The position numbers and the translations under genes were made by a program. Shown piece after piece: positions 23,501 through 29,789 of a DNA stretch of 64,000 nucleotides; position 1 is the first letter of the stretch, and each line of letters opens with the position of its first letter. Origin of the DNA: a virus. The DNA lies in IMG/VR virus record IMGVR_UViG_3300032223_000428, positions 1 through 64,000 of that record; one strand, given 5' to 3'. The notes under the pieces are model-generated. The model did not search any database. It had not been told where the DNA came from and worked only from the letters and a program-made list of their open reading frames with translations.

Positions 23501-23509
23501 ACCTAACAT
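14504..23509 (-). CDS. Giant (3001 aa) modular fibre/adhesin-like virion protein
   Basis: MLGFSPLSSAPLSALP N-terminus; TETGxAxE stalk repeats; six LWQL...GSDW beta domains; three ...WY...[GP]Q[LFV]E[LI]GS CBM-like domains. Confidence 0.8.
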   Translation of the reverse strand: MLGFSPLSSAPLSALPLSRGSVIKESASAAASAAASVIYQAYTITESGSSSDSSLSGLSSNQTINESGTVTTSQDLFVPAFVLEGLYASDVSTTYKSFLGYQKSVINGDDGNALFDSWDFVRSVFGGGNAQILYANQKYGIAFTASRTAQLGKVALAQAFPNGGLTSSTTTAGAVELWQLAAAPGTATATSTLLASIPFYINGGYVNGSYSPLFDFSTVSGASLTNGTSYAILLAGGSDWVNTGNYATSGGLLFVSNPTTSSDQWYQEFAKYSSNYYIYYATSSTPIGASGTIASGTLWSTYQNSPIMTIEYASTAVDVENAINAIPITETVTASESLSQTNTAGAYINNTSPFLDTIVTSISTGTYPKAAIGEPITSGGYGKGLKFIANKTKTLSNIQINAYRINNSISSSTPPISTGKVELWQLNNNTLTGNPSTLLASRNFSLNDLPSPIQSMSSITNSLLGAASLTSSTTPTAGNNDDGYWTLSLPWSVNYLGNSYSTVFVGTNSYLTFGAGATQYVAVDAANPAVPKICISSTDNSAQRIYYGTEGTAPNRTYRIVFEGTANTVGTLGSPTLLWEAVFYENNTSQIDIQVGANLRGSFSGYGITLPDGSFPLLPTLWGVYSEEALVGAWPTTSYTNVGFRLVSKTTGYPYAYVPVNIDFSSANLSLTSGVAYAVTVTAGSDWSSSASSYLGLYRHDAVGYHNILTGGSFYGLPIYWYLRSVYTPIANNGSTWFAPSTDTNNIFRFTVNSTEESYATDIDVVAASTYYAADAEAGSALDSSVRAIPKFGLAAENFAVNAYDLGTGAGNYSSYVFPGNLTDGWGISFIAPKTGQLGSIIIPSAGAVGNGTTAGSIQLWQLASNSVTATPTTLLASKPLYITSSDAVQSTLIEGFSNVSGATVTAGVGYAIRFYKGTDWVYPTAYLNGINLINVYNSGNFAYYSSIIGNPQGSALGTLALLGVGYANIAADSTDALYLSQTQGYNEPLFATDSITQKSTVTAYTGQVHTSSQAPFLSTFSTPHGNGGYSVWGTTGGNLSCGRTFIAGFTGPVSYLEFDLINTYGGVRPAPVQTGYAQLWQLASNSISALPNTLLGQIAVMPSIATTSGGPVRIDFSSLNITLTSGVGYALAITAGSDWDLTNTQYLAVYANSDNLYIPYNSTPITRSANTGIWAIALVSEPYQFNMAVYSTYNTADVTDSSQVTTPFVGEQAAASDTLNTIRGQNSSIGERVEEPIFDMSPELSYTGTPRAGLEYAAGQTFISNYTGLVKTISLTMFASGSSDSTNPGYFQLWQLASNSISAIPSSLLLSYPVYVSDIRSSYISGGDQRVVVDVSSLGVSVTSGVAYGLVFLNGSDWNTTGGPSTVCGPRGRYIGISNFTTDYEGKTKSFSSSYPAASNTWYVNTTLQNDYLYPWTITGYVPSDTNTFTISAASAATEVGYSLDTSASLKRIPGAIVETSSGIAPLFNDYQFSTISGDANSMNANSRTGWGFTATTTGQLGKVSWVRSSTGGSGNYSNGNANPSVSNGALELWQLAGAPGTAATILVASIPVAATDFPSTGPAPLWDFSNISGAVLVAGISYAVIFSTGSDWNYTSTKTWSIQTQNSNGTDPAAWFGYRVGKTYYYGTGTVGTTTGLTSGFTWDTTTNPYINPVPPLSIEYSTNTSETPISGLLINKNITENSNTTATDSGIGNIPGAGETVYENVGITATDTKTTTVAFVSDRTETGTATETETSQANFYPVITENTGISATESGTQSTSGAVNTITETGSAIEAEDRTLTATRDVTETGTAAETEDRTLTATRDVTETGSANETEDRTLTATRDVTETGSANETEDRTLTATRDVTETGSANEQESNIITTSQSVTENTGISATDSGSNIISTTQVLTETGTATENETSQADFYPAITETGTATETESNKSVQYSSNLETTRKNIYANSDIFGSGWSVNNGTLTSTALTTDPFGGNGAYRLAEDTLNTIHREVYTTPHIAGTVYTLSVYVKADTRSKFVFFHEEGNSANRAGLQLDLIAGTKINYFTGTGTITSSTLTNEGNGWYRASFTFTATTNLSGVTHTFRLIDNLGNFTYTGDGTSGLFIYGPQFEIGSLTAYQANNTLDSDVGIITTNQSTNETGNASETETQTVFQVQYNTETGTATETETSQANFYPVITETGTGNESNSGSNSTNQSTNETGTASDSETTSLSALNQLWEYTSTNIIKYPNDISASPWTTYNSTLSTNVAVAPDGTQTADKIIGNSGVTIRKSVYYGGAYLTQNTTYTYSVYLKQAGFTNATIWFDIPFANIGPNGYQGAGALINLTDGSTSGTTPTVTTVTSVGNGWYRCSVTGTTKLPWQFGVAGMIPANLQISLGDANGVGTATGDGTSGIYVWGSQLELGSSVTAFVDPNETVTQTNVITTTQSLTETASASDSEISQANFYPAITETGTSADSPVGNWTTSSNSSETGSASETESTQIGFVSSLLENTNKNLFYVPSDLSNSIWIKAGSSTITSGQTDPNGDTTAFLLTANLAFSSIYNITPGILPGTYTVSVYVKYGTSTYFTIVNESTTGVDPVAHSATFTMSGTPVLQGASNATATLTSVGNSWYLATMTYTLIAGATFRPKFWVGSYSGTAFTGQTVYLWRPQVELGSSVTAFVDPNETVVQSSIITTNQVLTETGNASDSETSQANFYPVITETGTGNESNSGSSTTTQTRTETGSAAESESSSAAFVSSNTETGSASETETNIITTNQALTETGNASDSETSQANFYPAITETGNVSDTDSASAVDLGNIVETLLGQDLSTVQTAFISSIQEALNAIETDFGNNVSNRSAAEILSAVDSSTGLPFYAVNINELLNAVVSAVTALPAFITETGSLTAAQFATQLATAGILEQINANETELAQLILTSYVTEITVAGESTVVWIFYPMDYELVSSRPSMLIDSYSDEIYFDDIDVFYLDASKIMADIDVTVDQIYIDNIDVIYGNIALIDSAIDDEIYI
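15193..15490. repeat. 58-bp exact direct repeat (15193-15250 / 15433-15490) within the giant gene
   Basis: ctggatagaaattagcttgagatgtttctgaatcagatgcatttccagtttcagttaa occurs twice, 240 bp apart. Confidence 0.9.
15524..16329. repeat. 50-bp exact direct repeat (15524-15573 / 16280-16329) flanking one CBM-like domain
   Basis: aactgtctcgtttggatctacgaacgcagttacagaagaacctagttcta occurs twice (encodes ELGSSVTAFVDPNETV). Confidence 0.9.
17941..18200. repeat. 60-bp coding tandem repeat, ~4 copies (TETGSANETEDRTLTATRDV)
   Basis: Lines 17941 and 18001 are identical; 18061 and 18121 are near-identical. Confidence 0.95.
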
Positions 23510-23552
23510 TTATTATTTTCGTTTTCTATTAGTATTTTCTACTAATATTAGT

Positions 23553-24515
23553 TTACCAACTTAGAATATAAACGAACCCTGGACCACCATCACCTGGTCT
23601 TGCTAATGTTGTTACAGTTGTATTTGATCCACCAGCACCGCCACCACCACATCCTGGTGCTCCATTTCCACCTGCGCCAGCAAGACCACCTGCTGTTGTA
23701 GTGGAACCACCACCGCCAGCACCACCTGTATATTGGAACATCTTTAGCATAGTGCCACCAGAGCCAGCACCAGCAGGAGTAGATGTGACTGCTGCCGCAC
23801 CACCTGCAATTGCTGGAAAACTATCACCGAATCCTGCAAGTGTGATTGCGCCACCAGCTTGTGCTGATCCACTAGCTGTACCACCTCCACCTGCTCCACC
23901 CTGAACCATAAGACCAGTTGTTGGATATGTTTGTGCAATCCCTGCTGTAGTGTTAGTACCACCTGTTGAGCCCACTTGCCCTGCATAGAACTGATATGCG
24001 CCACGACCAGCCAGTGGCATGTTAGCAATAGTGGCGATAATAGCAGCAGTACCACCACTACCGCCAGTTGATGTAGTGGCTGCTGTTGTCACAGTTCCAG
24101 GCGAAGCAAAGAGAACTGTTAATTGAGCAGACAATGTATTCCATGGCTCAAGAGCAACATAGGTAATTGTTCCAGCAACACCAACAGCAGCAGAAACTAA
24201 TGTTGCTGGTTGTGAACCACCAAGTCCTGCTTGAATATAAAGAACATCAGGTAAAAACATGGCAGGAATCATCAGTGTACTTTGAGCACCAGAGCCACCT
24301 CCTGCACCACCACCAGAGTTTGTGGCTGATGTGTTTAGACCGCAACCACCAGATGCGCCACCACCAACAGCAATCATGTAAACAAATCTTGCTCCACGTG
24401 GTTTACGCCATGTTTTCCATTCACCAGAAGATGCACCAGCAGTCGTCTGCGCTTGACCAATAAATGTTTGAACATCTATGTTTGGATTAGTTAATATATG
24501 ATTAAAGTCTAACAT
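23553..24515 (-). CDS. Glycine-rich domain protein (putative fibre tip/adhesin), paralog B
   Basis: WKTWRKPRGARFVYMIAVGGGASGG, many GGxG runs, ends GDGGPGFVYILSW. Confidence 0.7.
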   Translation of the reverse strand: MLDFNHILTNPNIDVQTFIGQAQTTAGASSGEWKTWRKPRGARFVYMIAVGGGASGGCGLNTSATNSGGGAGGGSGAQSTLMIPAMFLPDVLYIQAGLGGSQPATLVSAAVGVAGTITYVALEPWNTLSAQLTVLFASPGTVTTAATTSTGGSGGTAAIIATIANMPLAGRGAYQFYAGQVGSTGGTNTTAGIAQTYPTTGLMVQGGAGGGGTASGSAQAGGAITLAGFGDSFPAIAGGAAAVTSTPAGAGSGGTMLKMFQYTGGAGGGGSTTTAGGLAGAGGNGAPGCGGGGAGGSNTTVTTLARPGDGGPGFVYILSW

Positions 24516-24519
24516 GTTA

Positions 24520-25473
24520 TTACCAACTTATTATGTAAACGAATCCGTCGCCACCGTCACCAGCACGACCTGTTGTTGTGTATCCTGGACCACTTGCGCC
24601 ACCGCCACATCCTGGTCCACCATTACCACCAGAACTACCTGTTGAGCCGTTACCAGTTGCAGCAAAAGCACCAGAACCACCACCAGATCCACCATAGAAC
24701 ATAAATGGTTTTACCATGTATCCATTAATACCGTTACCACCATTGGTACCAGATGCTGCCGCAGCACCACCAGCCAAGGTAGGAAAAGTTCCACCTAAAC
24801 CAAGACCAGTAATTGCACCGCCAGCACCACCTGCACCACCAGTGACATCTTTACCACCAGAACCTGCGCCACCTGTTACCATTAATCCTGTTGTTGGTAA
24901 TGTAATTGAACCACCAGCACCGTTCTGCGTTGCGCCAGCTGCACCACCATTCTGTCCTGCAAAATTCTGGCTCCAACCTCGACCAGCGAGTGGAAAGTTA
25001 CCAGACATTGCTGTTGCAGTTCCACCAGTTGTTGAAGCAGCACCATTGGCTAATAAGAAAAATAAATTAACAGAAGATGTAACTGTAGTCGTTGGTTCAA
25101 CTGCCACATAAGTTGCTGAACCTGCCACTGAAGCCAAAGCACTTGTTATCGCAGTACCCTGACGACCACCCAATCCTGTTTGAATGAACAATTCATTCGG
25201 AACAAACATCGCAGGTATTAAAAGCATACTTTGAGCACCAGAGCCACCTCCTGCTGCACCAGCGGCAGCAACAGATGTATTAGTAAATGTTCCACCAACA
25301 CCTGATGCGCCAGCACCAACAGCAATCATGTAAACCCAGTTTATACCACGTGGTTTAGTCCAAGTTCTCCAATCAAGTATGTTAGTTGAAGTTTGGCCAG
25401 TAGAATCCGAATCTCCAAAGAAACTCTGGATATCTACGCCAGGATTACTAACAACATGACTAAAATCTAACAT
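24520..25473 (-). CDS. Glycine-rich domain protein (putative fibre tip/adhesin), paralog A
   Basis: WRTWTKPRGINWVYMIAVGAGASG, ends GDGGDGFVYIISW; colinear with the neighbouring gene. Confidence 0.7.
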   Translation of the reverse strand: MLDFSHVVSNPGVDIQSFFGDSDSTGQTSTNILDWRTWTKPRGINWVYMIAVGAGASGVGGTFTNTSVAAAGAAGGGSGAQSMLLIPAMFVPNELFIQTGLGGRQGTAITSALASVAGSATYVAVEPTTTVTSSVNLFFLLANGAASTTGGTATAMSGNFPLAGRGWSQNFAGQNGGAAGATQNGAGGSITLPTTGLMVTGGAGSGGKDVTGGAGGAGGAITGLGLGGTFPTLAGGAAAASGTNGGNGINGYMVKPFMFYGGSGGGSGAFAATGNGSTGSSGGNGGPGCGGGASGPGYTTTGRAGDGGDGFVYIISW

Positions 25474-25476
25474 TTT

Positions 25477-25899
25477 TTAATAAGCACCAGCAACTACTGT
25501 AGCTACCCATCCTGAAGCTACGGTAGTTGCAACTCCAGCATATATTCTATAACCAGCTGGTAATGCAAGGTTTAATGGATAATCAATATCAACTGTGGCT
25601 GCTGTGTTTGAAGCTGTAGTTGCTGGTAAAGAAATTTCACCATAAAACACGTTGTTGGTTGCAGTACCATTGGTTGAGCCGTTGTTTATGTATATACGCA
25701 TTACTGTGGCGATGTTAGTACCAATTGCTTTAAATCTAATACGTTGTACAAAACCACCATTGGTTGCATCTGACGTAAAAATCAAAATGTTGTTGGCACC
25801 AATACCAGTGTAATCAGCAGTTGCCGTTAATATTGTAGTAGAACCAATACCACCGATGGCACCGATTCTTGAAAAGATTGGGGTTGTATTTCCTGCCAT
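25477..25899 (-). CDS. Hypothetical virion structural protein
   Basis: 140 aa, beta-rich, SD aagga upstream, within the fibre block. Confidence 0.65.
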   Translation of the reverse strand: MAGNTTPIFSRIGAIGGIGSTTILTATADYTGIGANNILIFTSDATNGGFVQRIRFKAIGTNIATVMRIYINNGSTNGTATNNVFYGEISLPATTASNTAATVDIDYPLNLALPAGYRIYAGVATTVASGWVATVVAGAY

Positions 25900-25909
25900 T
25901 ATTATTCCT

Positions 25910-26278
25910 TTAAGTTAAATTCCATCCCATCGCAGTCGTTACTCCGAGTCCTATTGCATTACCCATGTTAACTGCCATCGCTGCAGGATAATCACAAAAT
26001 ACCACATAACCAGCAGATACACTGATCTTAGCCAGCGATCCTGCTGAGGATGCTAGCACAGTGTCTCGAGAAAGGGTAGTTCCAGATAATGTGTATGTAC
26101 CAATACCAACTTCCCAGTTGGCACCAGTAGTATTATCTGTTATTGTATAATATGTTTGATTGCCGTTACCAATAGCAGCAAATGACTGGTAACCAGCAAC
26201 AGCACCTTGTAGGGTTATTGTGCCAGTACCAGCAGCGTTTGTTGTCTCTTGGACACGATCAGCTAATACGAGAGCCAT
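25910..26278 (-). CDS. Virion structural protein (fibre N-terminal-type domain)
   Basis: MALVLADRVQETT..GTGTITL.GA..GYQSF...WEVGIGTY...TLSR.TVL.SS, a motif typical of phage fibre N-termini. Confidence 0.7.
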   Translation of the reverse strand: MALVLADRVQETTNAAGTGTITLQGAVAGYQSFAAIGNGNQTYYTITDNTTGANWEVGIGTYTLSGTTLSRDTVLASSAGSLAKISVSAGYVVFCDYPAAMAVNMGNAIGLGVTTAMGWNLT

Positions 26279-26303
26279 TTAATCACTCCTTGCAGAGCGA
26301 TTA

Positions 26304-26480
26304 TTAAACCGCCTCTACTTCGCTTACTAAGAAATAGCGTTCTTGTGGAACATTATCGAAATCAGTATATTGAACTAGATACTGCATTTCGAATGTAGTA
26401 CCATCAACAGCTGCGCCAGTTACTACTCCAGTAAGAGTAGTATTTTTAATTTTAACTTGGTCGTCTTTTTTAAATGCCAT
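26304..26480 (-). CDS. Small hypothetical protein (58 aa), missing from ORF track
   Basis: MAFKKDDQVKIKNTTLTGVVTGAAVDGTTFEMQYLVQYTDFDNVPQERYFLVSEVEAV; SD agggga upstream; fills the gap between neighbours. Confidence 0.8.
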   Translation of the reverse strand: MAFKKDDQVKIKNTTLTGVVTGAAVDGTTFEMQYLVQYTDFDNVPQERYFLVSEVEAV

Positions 26481-26492
26481 TTTAATCCCCTA

Positions 26493-27074
26493 TTATACTG
26501 AAGCAGTGTAAGTTACGTTCAATGTATCGCCAGAAGCAACAGCTTTGTTACCACCAGTGAAAGAACCAGCTGAGTAAAGAATACCACCACCACCGTTGGA
26601 AGCAGTACCACGAGCCTGAGTTGAGCATAACAATGTACCAGCAATAGTAGCAGTACCAGTGATAGCGAATGCAGTTGCAGTAGTTGCTTTAGAACCAGCA
26701 GAAGCAGATGACCATGATGGAGTTGCTCTGTTAGTTGCGGAACCACCAGCAGTATAAGTAACAGAAGCTGCAATTTCTGACCAACCAGAGTGTGATGCTA
26801 AAGTATCACCAGCAGCGTATGTTGGAGTTGTACCACCATCAACTAGACCTAGATACCATGCTGCAGTATATGCAGAACCTGCTAGGTATTTATCTAGTAA
26901 GTCGTTTTTACCAACTGTTGTTACTAAGTTTGTATAAGTGTCTGTCCACTTTAAATTACCTTCTGAATCATAGCATGTTGCTGTATAAACACCAGATGCC
27001 TGAAGCATTTCGTCCATGCTGTTTCCAGTAGAAATACCACTAGAAACTACAGAGTTCGCATTTACTTGTTCCAT
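26493..27074 (-). CDS. Virion structural protein
   Basis: NLVTTVGKN.LLD, WYLGL, ends VASGDTLNVTYTASV; resembles 43148-43615. Confidence 0.7.
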   Translation of the reverse strand: MEQVNANSVVSSGISTGNSMDEMLQASGVYTATCYDSEGNLKWTDTYTNLVTTVGKNDLLDKYLAGSAYTAAWYLGLVDGGTTPTYAAGDTLASHSGWSEIAASVTYTAGGSATNRATPSWSSASAGSKATTATAFAITGTATIAGTLLCSTQARGTASNGGGGILYSAGSFTGGNKAVASGDTLNVTYTASV

Positions 27075-27092
27075 TTAAATCTCCTTGTTGAA

Positions 27093-27419
27093 TTAAGCGA
27101 ATTGTGCTCTTACCTGAAATTGAAGTGTATCATAAACTGTCTGTTTAGTTCCAGAGTAATTTAACTCAACTTCGCCTTCGTAATACCCTGGATCCACATT
27201 TAATGCAGTCCCAGAAAAATTAAAAATTACTATCCCATCAGATCCACCATTTGGCTTAGTGCATGCGATTGTAGAAAGAACGGTAGTAGAACCTTTCGCT
27301 CTAAAATACATCTGAACTGTTGCCGCAGATACATCTATTGGAAGACCAGTAGCATGTTTAAGGGTGAGTCTGATATAAGGCAAATTATCGCCCTGAACCA
27401 GTTTAATCCTTTCAGCCAT
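27093..27419 (-). CDS. Small Ig-like/BppU-N-like structural protein
   Basis: IKLVQGDNLP, PIDVSAATV, GYYEGEVELNYSG..QTVYD.L.F.VR. Confidence 0.65.
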   Translation of the reverse strand: MAERIKLVQGDNLPYIRLTLKHATGLPIDVSAATVQMYFRAKGSTTVLSTIACTKPNGGSDGIVIFNFSGTALNVDPGYYEGEVELNYSGTKQTVYDTLQFQVRAQFA

Positions 27420-27431
27420 CTGTACTCCTTT

Positions 27432-27454
27432 TATTTAGTTACTCTTTATTTATA
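27432..27454 (-). promoter_or_regulatory. Late promoter pair: TATAAATA (27447-27454) and CTAAATA (27432-27438)
   Basis: Exact T4 late consensus TATAAATA on the minus strand upstream of the fibre block. Confidence 0.75.
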
Positions 27455-27471
27455 AACGATTGTATTTGTAA

Positions 27472-28512
27472 TTAATCGTTAAGAATATTTTGATAGTTTT
27501 TAAGAAGAAATAACCACTGTTGATTCGTAAACTGTAACACTGATGTTCCTTTAGATTTGTTTTTGGAGTAGTGTTCCTCTCCGAACAAATCTCTAAGAGC
27601 CTCTCTCATCTGCCATCTATGAGTACTAGAATCACCACGAACTTTAATAAAAGGTTCATTAGTAGTCATGGACCAAAGTTGAAAATCATCTGTAGCGAAA
27701 AATGGAATTATTCTCTCTGCCTTTTCATTATGCATCATTGTTTTATGATCGTATAAACCAGTATACCAGTTTAAATTAAATAGACAATACCATCTTAAAT
27801 CATAGATCGTTTCGATTTTCCTATGAGATGCTTTAATCATAGGATCGAAAAACTCTAACAATTCTGGATTAATATGTTTCTCATAGGATTCATAAATCGT
27901 ATCTTTATTACCTAATTTGTAGTGAAACGCCATAGATCCATCTGTATCGAACATGTCATCAGTTGGACCAAATAAATGATTGGCACACATTCCACTAACG
28001 AAGATACAATCTATTGCATTAAAAGAATGCACATTAGGTGGAGGAACCTCTATTCTATATTTAAATTCATCTTTAAGTCTTCTATCAAATAAGTCACCAG
28101 ATTCTATTAAAGAATTAAATGTACCCCAGACTCTAACTTGATCTGGATCATTTGAATAATATTTTAGAAGAAATAAAATAAAAGTGCTATCAAGTCCTCC
28201 AGACCAAAGAACATGAATAACTTTGTTTTGATTTAATAACTCTTTGGCTCTTTCTTCACAAACTTCCATAAAAGTTTTATTAAATGGTTTTATGGCAGGA
28301 AGATGATTAGATTTATCAATGTTTAAATAATGCGGTAAAATACCAGATCTATCGTAAACCATATTACTAGAATTTAATCCTAGTTTATTATAAGTTTCCA
28401 ATAATGAATCATCAAAATCTTCAGATAAAAATGGTACCAATACATTACGATGTGTTTTTATTAAAGATGGAACCTCTTTATAATTATAATATAAAATGTC
28501 TTTTTTAAGCAT
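27472..28512 (-). CDS. Asparagine-synthetase-like N-type ATP pyrophosphatase (no glutaminase domain)
   Basis: PP-loop VLWSGGLDST; FVSGMCANHLFG (cf. lsGeGaDElfG); IIPFF..DDFQ.W; late K.K motif. Confidence 0.7.
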   Translation of the reverse strand: MLKKDILYYNYKEVPSLIKTHRNVLVPFLSEDFDDSLLETYNKLGLNSSNMVYDRSGILPHYLNIDKSNHLPAIKPFNKTFMEVCEERAKELLNQNKVIHVLWSGGLDSTFILFLLKYYSNDPDQVRVWGTFNSLIESGDLFDRRLKDEFKYRIEVPPPNVHSFNAIDCIFVSGMCANHLFGPTDDMFDTDGSMAFHYKLGNKDTIYESYEKHINPELLEFFDPMIKASHRKIETIYDLRWYCLFNLNWYTGLYDHKTMMHNEKAERIIPFFATDDFQLWSMTTNEPFIKVRGDSSTHRWQMREALRDLFGEEHYSKNKSKGTSVLQFTNQQWLFLLKNYQNILND

Positions 28513-28522
28513 AGAATCAAAC

Positions 28523-28546
28523 TAAAAGTGGGGTTAAAACCCCACT
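28523..28546 (-). terminator. Hairpin / probable intrinsic terminator after the DctP-like gene
   Basis: Minus strand AGTGGGGT-TTTA-ACCCCACT followed by TTTAGTTT. Confidence 0.55.
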
Positions 28547-28564
28547 ATAATATATTTTTTATAA

Positions 28565-29497
28565 TTAAGATTTAAGTTTATCAATAAGTCCTTCAGAAAA
28601 TACATCATTGTATTTTCCATAAACAGAAGATGTCGCCTGTTTAATTTTGTCTTTTTCTTCTTGTGTTAATTCAACTATTTCAATTCCCTCAGTTTGACAT
28701 GCAGTTTTAATAGCTTCAAGATTTGGCATAGAAACGAATGCAGCATTAGTAGAAGCAGTTAATAATGCTTCTTTAGTTTCATCATCTAATTCATCAAAGA
28801 ACATTTTATTAATTACAATGCAACCTAGCGATAGACTATGTTCAGTATCACTAACATATTTAAAAGATTTACTCTTTATTAAAGGTAGTAAATTAAAATA
28901 ATCTATTTCTGCAGAATCAATAATATTAAATTTTGCGGAAGAAACAATATTCTGATATTCGATATTATGGACTGGAGTAGATTCAATAGACTTAAACGTC
29001 TCATTAGAAACAGAGTTATTTCCTGTTTTAATTTTTTTATCTTTAAATGATGTTAATGTATCGCATTTAACTTTAGAAGCTATTACATTAGCTCCATTAG
29101 AAAACGTGAATTTTAATGCTTTGATACCAACTTTATTTTCTACACCAACCAATAGGTCAGATCCAGCTTCTCCATTTAATACAGTATAAGCATCTGAAAT
29201 GCTGTCGAAAATAAATGGTAATTGCAATGCATCAAGATCTTTATTGATATCTGCCAAGACTTCAGTTGGCAAAATACCCATAGTAATATCACCCTTACCA
29301 ATTAGGTGTAGGATATTACGTGGATTGCTGGATGAGTCTGGTGCATATTTCTCAACATATTCAGAAGAAGACATTACTTCAAAACTGAGTTTATCACTAC
29401 ACTTTTGGTCTACTTCTTTAACGAAAGAATCTGTAACATTAAAAGATACATCGAATGGATCCACAGAAACAACCCATTTTACTTTTTTAATTTCCAT
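28565..29497 (-). CDS. TRAP transporter solute-binding protein (DctP-like), no signal peptide
   Basis: L..GDITMG, LDALQLPFIFDS, L.GEAG..LL, D.K.KKIK, H.L....IVINK.FFDELD.ETK.AL..A, GIEIVEL..EE. Confidence 0.8.
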   Translation of the reverse strand: MEIKKVKWVVSVDPFDVSFNVTDSFVKEVDQKCSDKLSFEVMSSSEYVEKYAPDSSSNPRNILHLIGKGDITMGILPTEVLADINKDLDALQLPFIFDSISDAYTVLNGEAGSDLLVGVENKVGIKALKFTFSNGANVIASKVKCDTLTSFKDKKIKTGNNSVSNETFKSIESTPVHNIEYQNIVSSAKFNIIDSAEIDYFNLLPLIKSKSFKYVSDTEHSLSLGCIVINKMFFDELDDETKEALLTASTNAAFVSMPNLEAIKTACQTEGIEIVELTQEEKDKIKQATSSVYGKYNDVFSEGLIDKLKS

Positions 29498-29789
29498 TTT
29501 TTATTTCTCCTAATTTACTAGTATCGAACGACCAACTGCTTGTTTGTTGTTCTATTGTTCTTTGAGCGATCATTATCTTACTATTTATAAAGTATTTTAG
29601 TATGTCCATTGTAAACTGTTCTCTATTTTCAAAACATTCCAATGGAATCAAAGTATCTCTAGACTCATAATTTTTGTTATTAGAGTCGTAATAAAATACA
29701 TCTTTTATACAAAAATATTCAGTAGTGTGTTTTAATATTCTAGGATACTGTCTTATTTCAACCATGTATCCTTCAAAAAATGAACTCAT
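29487..29789 (-). CDS. Hypothetical protein
   Basis: 100-aa ORF overlapping both neighbours (ATGA coupling with the radical SAM gene). Confidence 0.6.
   Translation of the reverse strand: MSSFFEGYMVEIRQYPRILKHTTEYFCIKDVFYYDSNNKNYESRDTLIPLECFENREQFTMDILKYFINSKIMIAQRTIEQQTSSWSFDTSKLGEIKNGN

Noticed and set aside
27472-28512. QueC / 7-deazaguanine DNA-modification pathway (PP-loop plus radical SAM as QueC/QueE)
   Set aside because: The PP-loop protein lacks the QueC C-terminal Cys zinc motif, the rSAM has a SPASM domain unlike QueE, and there are no folE/queD/dpdA genes in the window.
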